Origin: the human T2T-CHM13v2.0 reference genome, Homo sapiens
Length of the DNA stretch: 64,000 nucleotides
Strand: one strand, 5' to 3'
Assembly (NCBI RefSeq): GCF_009914755.1
Contig: NC_060945.1
Shown here one piece after another: positions 39,451 to 53,552 of the stretch; the stretch's first letter is position 1; the number at the start of each line of letters is the position of its first letter. The notes below the pieces were generated by a model, which had not been told where the DNA came from, did not search any database, and was given only the letters and a program-made list of their open reading frames with translations. Made by a program: the position numbers and the translations under genes.

Positions 39451-40134
39451 TTTTTTTTTTTCTAAGTGTAATAGTCTTGACTTCTTTGAAGAGTAAAGTG
39501 CTATGCAGAGAACTCCCACTTCTAGCTATGATGGAGTAGCTAGTACTGGACTAGTACTTCTGATGTAAACGATATTAAAAGTGAAAAAATTTTATGAAAG
39601 ATAACTATTTCTAGACTTTGGGAAAAAAATTGCAAGACTATAATCTCTGAAAGAAAGGAAACAAATGAGATGAGCCCTATCATTTCCCCAGGTTTCTGCT
39701 TGGAGGCATGTTCCAGACTGGTGCATGGAAGTGGAAAACATTTCAGAGCAGAATGTTCTCTTTGAATTAAAGAAACATTGATCAGAACTTGGGAAGGATT
39801 AGTTGTCTAGAATTTGTAGGGCTGAATGAAAAGAAGGGAATTATTCAGAGAAAGATGCCCAGAAATCTTAGCATTTTCCAGGGACTCAAGATAGCCCCTG
39901 TGCAGATTTCTGAGCATTTTACAAAGTAGAACAAATAACTCCTGGAGAAAGACAAAGCATTGAGTAATAATAAACTGGATAACTACTGAAATCCATAGAC
40001 CTGAAGACTGGGAGACATTCAAGTTCCAACCATCCAGAGTTAAGTGGGCTTACTCAGTATGCTGGGCATCCAGTAGAAATCCCAAGAAGCTCATGTATTA
40101 AGCTCACTAAACTTGTCTTTTAGTAAAAACTTAA

Positions 40135-40693
40135 AGAGAGAAGTGTCTGAACGTCAAGAGGGAAGAAGCAGCTGGACATTGGAGACTATGGTTGGAAAGG
40201 AGTTCGGCCAGGTATGGCTGAACTCCAGGGAAAGACCACCTGGCCACTCCATCCCCTTTCCAGCTCCCCATCCCACTGAAAGCCACTTCCACTACTCAAT
40301 AAAATGCTTTGCATTAACCACCCTCCAATCTGTTTGCACAATCTCATTCCTCCTGGACACCAGACAAGGACCCAGGTGCAGGTGAAAGAGGCTGTCACAC
40401 TGACCCTCCACTGAGCTGTTTAACACTCAGGCCATCCATGGACAGCAAAGCTAAAGGAGTGCACTGTAACACACACCCCCTGGGCCTCAAGGGTTCGCAG
40501 GCAACCCCTACATGCTGCCACAGGCTGGTATGGGGTTTTGCTCCTGCCAGCACCCAAAGGCACTCTCCCTGGCTCCTGAACCTGCTCACCTGTATGTTCC
40601 CCCTCCCACAAAGGGTTTGAGTGCTGTGGACTGAGTAAGTGAGCCATCCCTTTACAACTCCTGCATAGGGGTCAAAGAAATTATCCTGCTTCA
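40135..40693 (+). mobile_element. 3' half of an LTR1/LTR27/LTR28/MER52-related ERV1 LTR
   Basis: Homologous to the 3' parts of the two LTR1-type LTRs (cagctccccatcccactgaaagccacttcc; gacagcaaagctaaaggagtgcactgtaacaca). Ends ...ttatcctgcttca. Confidence 0.75.
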
Positions 40694-41120
40694 GTATGAT
40701 CCAGCAGTCCCACTTCTGGGTACATACCCAAAGGATTTGAAATCACTATGTCAGAGATACATCTATACTTCCATGTTTATTGCAGCACTATTCATAGCCA
40801 ACTTATAGAATCAACCTAGGCATCCATCAACTGATGGATTGATTTTAACATGTGGTATATATGCACAATGGAATACTAGTCAGCATTTAAAGAAGAGGGC
40901 AATTATATCATTTATGACAAAATGGATGAACCTGGAGGACATTATGCTAAGTGAAATAAGCCCGACACAGAAAGATAAACGCTACATACTCTCACTTATA
41001 TGTGAAAGTTAAAAAAAAAAAAAAAAAAAAAAAAGAGAACACATAAAAGCCAAGAGTAGAATGATGGTTACCAGAAGCTAGGATTAGTGAGGTGGGGGTT
41101 AATGGGGAAAAGGAAATTCT
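40694..41120 (+). mobile_element. L1MA-like 3' fragment with an internal A24 expansion
   Basis: tatgatccagcagtcccacttctggg...atggatgaacctggaggacattatgctaagtgaaataagcc...gagtagaatgatggttaccaga. Confidence 0.85.
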
Positions 41121-41267
41121 ATCATTAAGAAATAGAACATCAAAAGCTGAAAGATAAAATATCAGAAGAAAAAATATTCCTAGATAGGCTAAGATACACT
41201 ACATATATGGCAAGAGAAAAGATCGGGGAACTTGATGATATAAGCCAAGCAAATAGAAAAAAATGTA

Positions 41268-41428
41268 GGCTAAGTGGTCTTGGACACCAGTAATTCCAAC
41301 TACATGGAAGGCTAAGGTGGGAGGATTGCTTGAGCCCAGGATTTCAAGGCTGCGGTAAGCTTTGATTGCACCAGTGCACCCCAGCCTGGTTGACAGAGTG
41401 AGACCCCCCAATTCTAAAAAATAAAAAG
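41268..41428 (+). mobile_element. Alu monomer (FAM/FRAM-like)
   Basis: Single arm: ggaggattgcttgagcccagga..tcaaggctgcggtaagc...cagcctggttgacagagtgagacc. Confidence 0.8.
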
Positions 41429-41463
41429 TAGTACATAACAATCAAAGCAGAGCCTCACTGACC

Positions 41464-42095
41464 TATAAGATAATATGAAACCGTCTAAAAGATGATATGA
41501 AACAGTCTATAAGATAATATGAAACAGTCTGTAAGATGATATGAAACAGTCTGTAAGATGATATGAAACAGTCTATAAGATGATATGAAACAGTCTATAA
41601 GATGATATGAAACATTCTATAAGATGATATGAAACAGTCTATAAGATGATATGAAACAGTATATAAGATGATATGAAACATTCTATAAGATGATATGAAA
41701 CAGTCTATAAGATGATATGAAACAGTATATAGGATGATATGAAACAGTGTATAACATATGAAACAGTGTATAAGATGATATGAAACAGTGTATAAGATGA
41801 TATGAAACAGAGTATAAAATGATATGAAACAGTCTATAAGGCGATATGAAACAGTCTATAAGATGATATGAAGCAGTCTATAAGGTGATATGAAACAGTC
41901 TATAAGGTGATATGAAACAGTGTATAAGATGATATGAAACAGTGTATAAGATGATATGAAACAGTCTGTAAGATGATATGAAACCATGTATAAGATGATA
42001 TGAAACAGTGTATAAGATGATATGGAACAGTCTGTAAGATGATATGAAACAGTCTGTAAGATGATATGAAACAGTCTATAAGATAATATGAAACA
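41464..42095. repeat. 22-bp minisatellite, ~28-29 copies, consensus TATAAGATGATATGAAACAGTC
   Basis: Read directly. Variant units include ...cagtgt, ...cattct and ...ctgtaag, plus one shortened unit near 41750. Confidence 0.97.
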
Positions 42096-43351
42096 ACAGT
42101 CTAACAAACATGTCATTGGCTCCCATGAAGACCACAGAAGTCAGAAAATGTATTTAAAGAAATATTGAGTCAGACATTCTTTGTATTTAATGAAAGCTAT
42201 CCACATACAGATCCAAAAGGTCAATAAAGTTCAAGAAAAGAAGCCCAAGAAAAACCACAAAACATACTGTAATCAAATTTATAAAAAATAATGATTAAGA
42301 GAAAATCTTAAAAGCAGCCAGAGAAAAAGAGACAGGTTACAAAGAGGAAGAAAAAAGACATTGTTTCTCATCAGAAACAATGCAAAATAAAACACAATGA
42401 ACTGACATTTTTAAACTGCTGAAAGGAAAAAATAATTACTATTGAATACTATATCCAGTAAAAATATTCTCCAAAAATGAAAGCAAAAAAGAAATTTTCA
42501 AAAAAAGAGCAAAAAGAATTCTAAATAGCTCATGGGTCAGAACGAAAATTCTCGGTGAAATTAGAAAACATTCGGAACTGGATGATAATGAAAACACAAC
42601 ACACACACTTTGTGAAATAAAAACAATACTTAGAGGTAAATTTATTATTTTAATGCCTATACATTAGTAAAAAAGAATGGTATAAATTATATAAGCTTCC
42701 AGCTTAAGTTAAAAAAAGTAGAGCAAAGAAAACAAGTAAGAGTAATGAAGGAAGTAATAAAGAAAACAAGAGAAGTCAAAGATATAGAAAAGGAATATAA
42801 TAGAGTAAGTAATTAAAAGCAAAATTTGGTTCTCTGCAAAGATCAATCAAGTTAACAAATGGACCGCAGAGGGCAAACAAACCTCTAGCTATACTAATCA
42901 AGAAAATTAAGAGAAAACACAAGTTGCCAATATCAGTAATGCAAGAAAGGAAATCACAAAAAATACTACACACATGCAGAGTATAATAAGGTAATATTAT
43001 GAACAACTTTATTGCCAACAAACCTCCATTACAAGAAATGTTAAAATTCTTCAGGCTGAAGGAAGGTGATAACAGATGGAAAACCAAATCTGCCCGATGA
43101 GGAGAAGAGCACCAGAAATGTTAAATATGCTTGTAGATATAAAAGACATTTTTCACGCTCTTAAAATTTCTCTGAAAGATAGTTGACTATAACAAGAACA
43201 AATAGCACAAATACGAGAAAATATCCAACCTATGGGGAAATGACATTAAAGACAAATGAAATAAATGGAGTGGTAGGCCGTATTCATGGATAGGGTGACT
43301 CAATATTAATTCTACAAGAAATTAATGCATAAACAGAAAGCATTTTAAATA

Positions 43352-43705
43352 CAGTTGGCCCTCTGTGGTCCATGGGTTCTGCATCCATGCATTCAACCAA
43401 CTGTGGATGTAAAATATTTGGAAAACAATGGATGGTTGCATCTGTACTAAACATGTACAAACCTACAAACTTTTTTTTCTTGTCATTATTCCCTAAACAT
43501 ACAGTAAAATAACTATTTACATGGTATTTACATTGTATTAGGCACTACCGGTAATCTAGAGATATTTGCAAGTATATGGAAGGATGTGTGTAAGTTATAT
43601 ACAAATACTACTATACCATTTTATATAAAGGACTTGAGCATTCATGAATGTTGGTAACTTCAGGGATTCCTGGAACGAATCTCTGCCAATACCAAAGGAT
43701 GACTG
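43352..43705 (-). mobile_element. MER2 (TcMar-Tigger MITE)
   Basis: ta|cagttggccctctgtg...cctggaacgaatctctgccaataccaaaggatgactg|ta, with TIRs and a TA TSD, ~350 bp. Confidence 0.8.
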
Positions 43706-44632
43706 TAAAAATCCTAACAAGGATTTTCATGTCCTGACAAGCTTATTGCAAAATTTACATGAAAGGCAAAGAATAGCCAGAAAACTCACATAAATTTTCC
43801 ACCAGATATCAAGGTTTATTATAAAGCTATAAAATGTACTGCCTCATAATTTTAAGATAGGTAAAGACAAAGAGGCCAGTACAACAGGATAGAAAGTCCA
43901 TAAATAGAACCATAAATAAAGAAAGTTTGAAATAAAGCAGGGTGTCATTTTCGAACAGTATGGGAAGTATGGACTATTAAATATAAGTTGGGAAAATTGG
44001 TTATTCATATAGAGAAACATTAAATTCTACACCTACCTTACACCATGCAAAAAAGTCAATTCCAGATGTATCCAAAACTGAAAAGTGAAAAGAAACAGTG
44101 TAAAATCTCAGTAGAAAATAATAGAGGTTAGTTTAAAACCTCAAAGAGAACAAAAAAAGGAAAAGAAACAAAATCCTCAAAGAAGGGTTTTTCTGTTTCT
44201 ATTTTCTATAAACATTTTTTATTATTTATAAGTTTTAAAAGTGATTTCAATTTTTAGGTTTGTGGGTACATGTGCCAGTCTGCTACATGAGTATATTGCA
44301 TGATGCTGAAGTTAGGACATGAATGATCCCATCACCAGGTAGTAACCATAGTATCAATAGTTTTTCAAATCTTGCTCCACTTCCTCCTTCCTCTCTCTAG
44401 TAGTCCCCAGTGTGTATTATTGCCGTCTTTATGTTCATAAATACCCAGTGTTTAGCTTCCTCTTATAAGTGAGAACATGCAGTATTTGGTTTACTGTTCC
44501 TACATTAATTCGATTAGGAAAATGGCCTCCAGCTGCATCTATGTTGCTGCAAAGGACATGATTTCATTCCTTTTTATGGCTGTGTGGTATTTCATGGTGT
44601 ATGTATGTCACATTTTCTGTATTCAATGCATC

Positions 44633-45030
44633 TGTTAAATCAAGTTTAGTCTAAAACTGCCTCCTTACGTATTTTAAGTTCAGCCTAAATGTTTCTCTGT
44701 ACATCATAAACTGTAACCTAAATTGAATTATAAATAGACTGTAACCTACTCTTGTGCCAATCACCGAGTTTTGACCAAAGATGGCCAACTATTCAAAATG
44801 TGTTCAAATAAGGCAAATGCTGAGCTGTAACCAGTCCGTTTCTGTACCTCACTTCCATGTTCTGTAGATCACTTTCCTTTTTCTGTCCATAAATCTTATT
44901 CCACTATGTGGCTGCACTGGAGTCTAGTCTCTGAGCCTACTGTGGCTCACCAGGCTTCTTGATTCACAAATGATTCTTTGCTCAATTAAACTCTTTTAAA
45001 TTTAAGTTGGCTAAAGGTTTTCTTTTAACA
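44633..45030 (+). mobile_element. ERV1 solo LTR, MER57A/B-like, inserted in the L1 3' UTR
   Basis: tgttaaatcaagtttagtctaaaactgcctcctt...aaggttttcttttaaca. TSD catc/cacc. Confidence 0.85.
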
Positions 45031-45300
45031 CACCATTGATGGGCACCTGGATTGAGTCCATGTGTTTGCTATTGTGAATAGTGCTGTGATGAACATACGA
45101 GTGCATGTGTGTTTGGCAGAACAATTTATTTTCTTTGAATATACACCCATTAATGAGATTGTTGGGTCAAATGGTAGTTCTGTTTTAAGTTCTTTGAGAT
45201 ATTCCCTAATTGCCTTCCACAGTGGCTGAATTAATTTACCTTTCCATCGATAATGTATAAGCGTTCCCTTTTCTCCACAGCCTTGACATGTTGTTTTTGA

Positions 45301-45756
<456 letters not shown>

Positions 45757-45852
45757 GTCTTTTGCCCATTTTTAATGGAGTTATTTGTTATTTTGCTTCT
45801 TGAATTAAGTTCCTTATAGATTCTGGATATTAGACGTTTGTTAGATATATAG

Positions 45853-46152
<300 letters not shown>

Positions 46153-47349
46153 ACAATTGCTTTTGAGGACTTAATCATAAATTCTTTCCTAAGGCCAACG
46201 TCCGGACTGCTGTTTCCCAGATTTTCTTCCAGGATCCTTATAGTTTGAGGTCTTACATTTAAATATTTAATCCATCTTGAGTGAATTTCATTATATGGTA
46301 AAAGGTAGAAGTCCGGTTTCATTCTCCTGCATATGACTAGCCAGCTATCCCTGTACTATTTATTGAATAGGAAGTCCTTTCCTCATTGCTTATTTTTGTT
46401 GATTTTCTTGAAGATCAGATGGCTGTACATGTGTGGCTTTATTTCTGGATTCTCTATTCTGTTTCATTTGTCTATGTTTCCAGCTTTGTTCTTTTTTACT
46501 TAAGATTGCTTTGGTTTTTCAGACTCCTTTTTGGTTCCATATGAATTTTAGTATATTTTTTTCTAGTTCTATGAAAAATGACATTGGTAGCTTGATAGCA
46601 CTAGCATTGAATCTACAGATTGCTTTGGGCAGTATGGCCATTTTAAAGATATTGATTCTTCCGATCCATGAGCATGAAATGTTTTTCCATTTTTTTGTGT
46701 TATCTGTGATTTTTTAAGCAGTGTTTTGTAGTTCTCCTCGCGGAGATCTTTCACCTCCTTGGTTGGATGTATTCCTAGATATTTATTTTTGTACATGGCT
46801 ATATGGTAAATGAGATTGTGTTCCTGATTTGGCTCTCAGCTTGAACGTTATCAGTGTATTGAAATGCTAATGAGTTTTGTACATTAATTTTGTGTCCTAA
46901 AACTTTATTGAAGTCATTTATTAGTTCTAAGAGACTTTTGGTGGAGTCTTTACATTTTCTAGGTATAGAATTATACAGTCAGTGAAGAGAGATATTTTGA
47001 CTTATTTTCCTATTTGGATGATCTTTATTTCTTTCTCTTGACTGATTGCTCTGGCTGGGACTCACAGAAGGATGTTTAAATAAGACACAAAAAAAGCACA
47101 AGTCATGAAAGCAAAGATTAATAACCTATTTGTATTAAACTATACTTTTGTTCATTATAAGACACCATTTAGAAACTAAAATTGAAACCAAAAACTGGTC
47201 AAAAAAAATCAATAAATAAAAAAGGGACAAAAATTCCCAGTGAACATACAAACAAATGACTGGCATCCAGAATATTCGGAGAACTACAAATTAATAAGGG
47301 AAATACAAGTAAGTATCTAAACAAGCATTGTGCAGAAGTGGAGAACAAG

Positions 47350-47545
47350 AAAATAGGAACTAAACATTGGGTACTCATGGACATAAAGACCCATGGGTTG
47401 AAAAACCACCTTGTGGGCATTATACTCACTATCTGCGTGACAGGATCCATACCCCATTCTCAGCATCATGCAGTGTAATCACATAAACTGCACATGTACC
47501 CCCTGAATCTAAAAATTGAAATTATAAAAGAAAAGAAAAAATTTT
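47350..47545 (+). mobile_element. Short L1PA-type 3' end with an internal deletion
   Basis: ctaaacattgggtactcatggacataaaga...ctgcacatgtaccccctgaatctaaaa..gaaattat followed by an A-rich tail. Confidence 0.8.
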
Positions 47546-50500
47546 TAAAAAGCCACAATGTAAATCCATTTTACAGCCATCATTTGGGCAAAAATTATGG
47601 ACTTGTGAAAATGTGGTGCAATCTGAACTCTCGTTGGCTGCTGGTGGGGTATGAATCACTAGGTATATATTGGGAGAACAGTTTGGTGGTCTCTATAATA
47701 TTTCAAAACATATAGTAAAATTACACGATAGCCGCAAAAATAAGAGTCTCCTTAGAAGAAATACATGTAAAACAAAAGGTAAAAGGAAAACTTAACCTAA
47801 AAAGAGCAAAAATGTCTTTGTTGAAACAGAAAAAATAAAGCAAAATGATAACCTTAATTTGAGGAATATATGAATGACTTAAATTGATTATTATAATGCA
47901 CAATGAAGATATAGTACAAATTATCACTTACCAAATAACATAGATTCAAATTAGTAAAGCAAAAGCTATTAGAAAAAAAGGGGAAAAATTTTTTAAAATA
48001 AAACTTTTTCAGTTGGGAAACATTAACAAATATCAACAGACGTTGTGATCAAATCTGCCAAAACTAACATAGAAAATTTGACTGGCAGAATTCTTGAGCA
48101 CCAGTTCATGGATATATTGAATTTTCTACTTTAAAAAGTGAACATGCATTTTTCCAACATCCATTAAAATTTTATGAAATTTAATAATATATTATGTGTC
48201 AAAGAGCACCTTAATTAAGTTCAGAATATAAACGAGCAAGACCTAAAGTAAAACTAAGACAACATTTAAGAATGGCAACAAGATATAAAATTTACATAAA
48301 AATCAATAATTTCCATAAATAGAATAAATCATTGGAAAATGTTAGGAAAAATCTCTTATAATTCTGCCCTTCCCTTCCAATACTGAGAAATAAACTTAAC
48401 AAGAAATGGGCAAAACATATATGATGAAAACTTGAAAGCATTTCTGATAAAGACTTACCAAATGGAAGGAGACGTCTGTCCTTGGATAGGATTATGCAGC
48501 TTCATAAAGATATCAGTTTTTTTCAGTTTCATGTATAAATTTAGTGCAATTCAAATACAAATAAGTGTTCATTTGTTTGCTTGTTTTTCTGGAATAAGAT
48601 AAATTGTTTTGAAGATTGAATGAAAAAAATAAACATGCAAGAATAGCTTGAAAATCCCTTAAGAAGAAGAGGAATAAAGGGGAACTAGCCCTACTAGACA
48701 TTAAAATACACTATTAAGTTCTCTTTTTAAAATGTGATACTGGGATATAATAGACAGACATACCAACGAAACACAATAGAGAGCCTAGGAACAAGCTGAA
48801 GTGCATGTGGAAACTTAGCATATGTAAGACATCAAATCACTGAGGCAGACATGGACATTTAATAATGAATTTGACACAACTGGATAATCATTTGGAAAAA
48901 AAAAGAAAATTGTACTCATACCTCACATAATGCATCAGAAAGAACTCCAAATGGATCTGAAATGTAAGTATAAACAATGAGAGAGATATGTACAAGAGGA
49001 AAACATGGGCACATTTTTTATAAACTTAGAGTGAGGAAAACCTTCATAATTAGACTCAAAATCCAGTTGCAATAATAATAACAAAAAAAAAAGATTGGTA
49101 AATTTTACTGAATAGAAACAAATTGCATGACAAATAAACCATAGTAAAATATAAAGAAAATAACACTGTGATAAAATAGTTGAGGTGTCATGGATAAAAG
49201 GCCAATTTCCTGGATGCATAAAGAATTCTTTACTGTCAAAGGAAGGAAATATCAAAATCTGACAGAAGAAATGGCATTTAAAAAACATGGGGAAAGCACT
49301 CAACTTCACTCATATTCAAAGAAATGCTAATTAAAGCTACCGTGTGATGCAATTTCTTACCTATTAGCTTGTTTGGCACCAATTAAAAAGCTTAAGAACC
49401 CACTCTGTCAGTGAGGCTTTGGAGAAAAAGGCACTCACAAATTGCTGGTGCACGTGCAAAATGATACAATCCCTATGGAAGGGAAGTGACAGTGTCCAAC
49501 AAAACTCCACACACATTTATCCTTTGATGCAACAATCCACTTCTAGGAATATGTCTGAAGATACACTCCCACAAATAACAAAACCAAGTTACACATGCAT
49601 CATTATTTATAATAGCAATATATAGAAAACAGCCCAAATAACCATTTATGGGAGACTGAGTACACTGTAGAGCCATGAAACAAGGTACTGTGAAATCACA
49701 GAGAGAGAGAGAAAGAAATCAACTGATACAAAGGTTTTTTACAAAGATATGTGGACCAAAAGCCAAACACGGGGTACTATGCTTCCATTTTTTTGGTAAG
49801 AAAGACAAGGTAATAAGAATATCTATATATTTGCTTATGTTTGCTAAAAGAAACACAGAAAGAATAAGCAATAAATTTAAGAAAATGGATGGAAATATGG
49901 GGAAGGGAGAATGCAGATATGGATAGAGCTATAGATAGAGAAAAAGAGAGAGAGAGAAAGACTAGATATTTATCAAGGATTGAACCAGCCTTAGTTTGTC
50001 GTGTTATTTTTCCACCATAATGCTTTTTGTTTAATTTGCTATTTTCTGACCATGATTCTCAAATTGCTAATTATCTAGGCTCCTGATTTCTGGCCTGTCT
50101 TCCCAGACACCATAGGACACTTTTCTTTTTATTTGGACTTTAAATATAAGGTCGTAACATTTATTCTTTTCAAGTTGAATTATCCTGCAAAATGACCAAA
50201 GCAATTCTCCCTTTTATTTTCAGCTCTTTTTCTTGCAGCTTTATAAGTGTTGAGAAACACAGACTTTCTCCTATTGTGAAGTAAAGAAACCTAAAATAGA
50301 TCTTTTTCAAACCTAGCTATGTTGTGATGGGGGAGAAGCAGGGAGCACCTATATGTTTTTATTGAGTAGTGATAAAAAAACTATACTAAATTGTTGGCTA
50401 GGAGACAACATAACTCATTTCCTTTTTTTCCTATGAATATTCCAGGAATATTTCCACATACCCATGGCAAAATGCACTTGGAAATGATCAGTAAATCCAG

Positions 50501-50765
50501 ATATTTGTATGTAAGCTCAAATAATTTTTACTAACTGCTTACATTCTGCAGGCACACTAGCTGTGACAAATTGATGGTCTGGTAGGAAGTATTCTGGGGG
50601 AACTTTAAGACTGCTCTCAGGGACAAGGCCTGAATGCAGGATTCTTGACAAATATCCCTTAGCCAGAAAAGGGTGATCAACAGTTTATGTGGTGAGCAGA
50701 TTCTTAATATTATTAAATTTTTCTCTACCAAGAAACATCTCATGGGGGAAAAATAATGGGCTCTC

Positions 50766-51192
50766 TGATACAGTTTGGATGTCTGTCCCTGAAATCTCAT
50801 GTTGAAATGTAATCTCCAGTGTTGGAGGTGGGGCCTGGTGGGAGGTGTTTGGATCATGGGGGCTGATGCCTCATGAATGGCTTGGTGCCATCCTCTTGTT
50901 GATACATGAGCTCTCATTGACACAGATCTCATTGTTTAAAAGCATGTGGGACCTCTCCCTTCTCTCTCTCTTATTCCTGCTTTTGCAGTGTGACACCTGC
51001 TCCTGCTTCACCTTCCACCATGAGTAAAAGCTCCCTGAGACCTCCCAAGAAGCCGGGCAGACGCAGGCACCATGTGTGTACAGCCTGCAGAGCTGTAAGC
51101 CAGTTAAACCTTCTTTTTCTTTCTTTCTTTTTGTTAAGAAATTACCCAGTCTCAGGTATTTCTTTATAGTAATGCAAGAATGGACTAACACA
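50766..51192 (+). mobile_element. MaLR solo LTR, MSTA/MSTB-like
   Basis: tgatacagtttggatgtctgtccc..aaatctcatgttgaaatgtaat...gaatggactaacaca. 5-bp TSD ctctc/gtctc. Confidence 0.9.
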
Positions 51193-51324
51193 GTCTCCAA
51201 ACCCTTTAACAAAGTCCTACGTGGTATGGCTCTGCCTGTCTCTCTGACACTATCTTGTACCATTCTTTCCCTCGGTCAGTGTGCTCTGGCATGACCGTTT
51301 TCTCAAATACATCACACTAATTCA

Positions 51325-51637
<313 letters not shown>

Positions 51638-51857
51638 TCACCTTAATCCCAACCTCAAGCCTGAGCAACAGGTATTTCCTCTGCCTGAAACGCTCTTCTC
51701 ACAGACCTCCACATGGATGGAGACTGCTGATTCAAGTGGCAGCTTGGAAGCCTTCACCTTAGAAGCTACCTCATCCCACATCCAGTTACTCCATCACATT
51801 TTGTTTTTTCAACTTTCTTATCACTATTTGAAATTATCTTATTTACACATTTATTTC

Positions 51858-52207
51858 CTGTTTAAATCCACTTGGGCTGCTACAACAAAAACACCATAAA
51901 CTGGGTAGCTTATAAAAATCAGAAATTTGTTTCATATAGTCCTCAATGCTGAGAAGTCCAAGATCAGAGAACTAGCATGGTGGGTGTTGGTGAGGGCCCA
52001 CTTTCTTCATAGGTGGATGTCTTCTCACTGTCACTTCATATGTTAGAAGGGACTACAGTGCTAGCTTTCCCAGGCCTCTTTTACAGGACACAAATTCCAT
52101 TCATAAGGGCACTTCCCTGCCAAGTCCTCATCTCCTAATACTATCATCTTGGGAATTAGAATTTCAACACTGAATTTTGGAAGGACACAGACATTCAGAC
52201 CATAGGA
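51858..52207 (-). mobile_element. MaLR solo LTR (MLT1A-like)
   Basis: gggctgctacaacaaaa.caccataaactgggtagcttata...gacacagacattcagaccatag. Confidence 0.85.
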
Positions 52208-52401
52208 TCTTCTTATCTATTTTTGACTGGTCCTATTAGATGTAAGCTCCACGGGCATAAGAATCAGACTCATCTTCTTTGCTGTTGGCTAATATGTTGA
52301 CCTCTAGAGTAGCACAAAGAAGTCTCAGCTCATACTATACAGTAAGCACTTGTTGAATGTATGACTGAATGTATCACAAAATACCAGTCTTTATAAAGGT
52401 C

Positions 52402-52871
52402 TGCAGTAGACAGAATAATATACCCCCTCGGGATGTTCATGCCTTAATCCATAGAACCTCTGAATATGTCATTTTACATGGCAAAAGGTACTTTGCAGAT
52501 ATAATTATATTTTGAGAAATATTATCCTGGATTATCCAAGTACATCCACTCTAATCACAAGGGCTCTTATTAGAGAAAGGCATGAGAGTCAGAGTTGGAG
52601 AGAGACTGGAAAATGCTATGCTGTTGGCTCCAATGGTGGAAGAAGTGAGCCAAGGTCATGAGCCAAGGAACGCAAAGAGCCGGTAAAGGCAACTGGACAA
52701 GATGAATTCTCCCCTAAAGCCTCCAGAGGAATGCAGCCTTGTTATTACCTTGATTTTAGCCAAGACCTGTGTCACACTTTTGACCTCCAAATCTACAATA
52801 TAAAAATGTATGCTATTTTGAGCCACTAAATTTATGGTAATTTATTATAGCAGCAAGAGGAAACTAATACA
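52402..52871 (+). mobile_element. MaLR solo LTR (MLT1D-like)
   Basis: tgcagtagacagaataat...ttacatggcaaaagg.actttgcagat...ggaaactaataca. Confidence 0.85.
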
Positions 52872-52918
52872 AGTGCTATATTGGCTCTTCCCAGTGTATT
52901 AGCACCACGTCTACATTA

Positions 52919-52958
52919 GTGTATGTGCTAGGGTTCCCCAGAGAAACCGAGTCATGAG

Positions 52959-53005
<47 letters not shown>

Positions 53006-53118
53006 ATGTGTGTGTGTATTACTTCTTTATATGTAGAGAGGGACAAAGAGAGAGAGGGACAAAGAGAGAGAGAGAAAAGGAGAGAGGGAGAAAGAAAGAG
53101 AGAGAGGGAGACACACCC

Positions 53119-53159
<41 letters not shown>

Positions 53160-53552
53160 AAAAGAAAGACTGAAAGAGAGATATTTATTATTTATTTTAA
53201 GGAATTGGCTCACATGATTTTAGAGTCTGGCAAGTCCAAAAAATCTGCAAGGGTAGATTAGCAGGCTGGAGACCTACAGAAGAACTGATGTTACATTTCA
53301 TGTTCAAATATAGTCTGGGAGGGGAATTCCCTCTTCCTAGAGGGACCTCACTCAGTCTTTTTCTCTTAAGGCCTTCAATTAATAGGATGAGGCCCACCCA
53401 CATTACAGATGATTCTTTGCTTTACACACAGTCTACTGACTCAAATGCTAACGTGGTCTAAAAATAATACCTTCAAACAACATCCAGAAGAATATTTGAC
53501 CAAATTTCTGGGTATCATGGTCTAGCCATGTTGACATATCAAATTAACCATC
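52919..53552 (-). mobile_element. ERVL solo LTR (MLT2B-like) containing (CT)n(TG)n and GA-rich microsatellites
   Basis: agggttccccagagaaac...aaggaattggctcacatgatt...ccatgttgacatatcaaattaaccatca. Confidence 0.85.

Noticed and set aside
41464-42095. CRISPR-like array or repeat-protein ORF (41856-42116)
   Set aside because: The units are contiguous with no unique spacers, the context is eukaryotic, and the periodic peptide is an artefact of the 22-bp unit.
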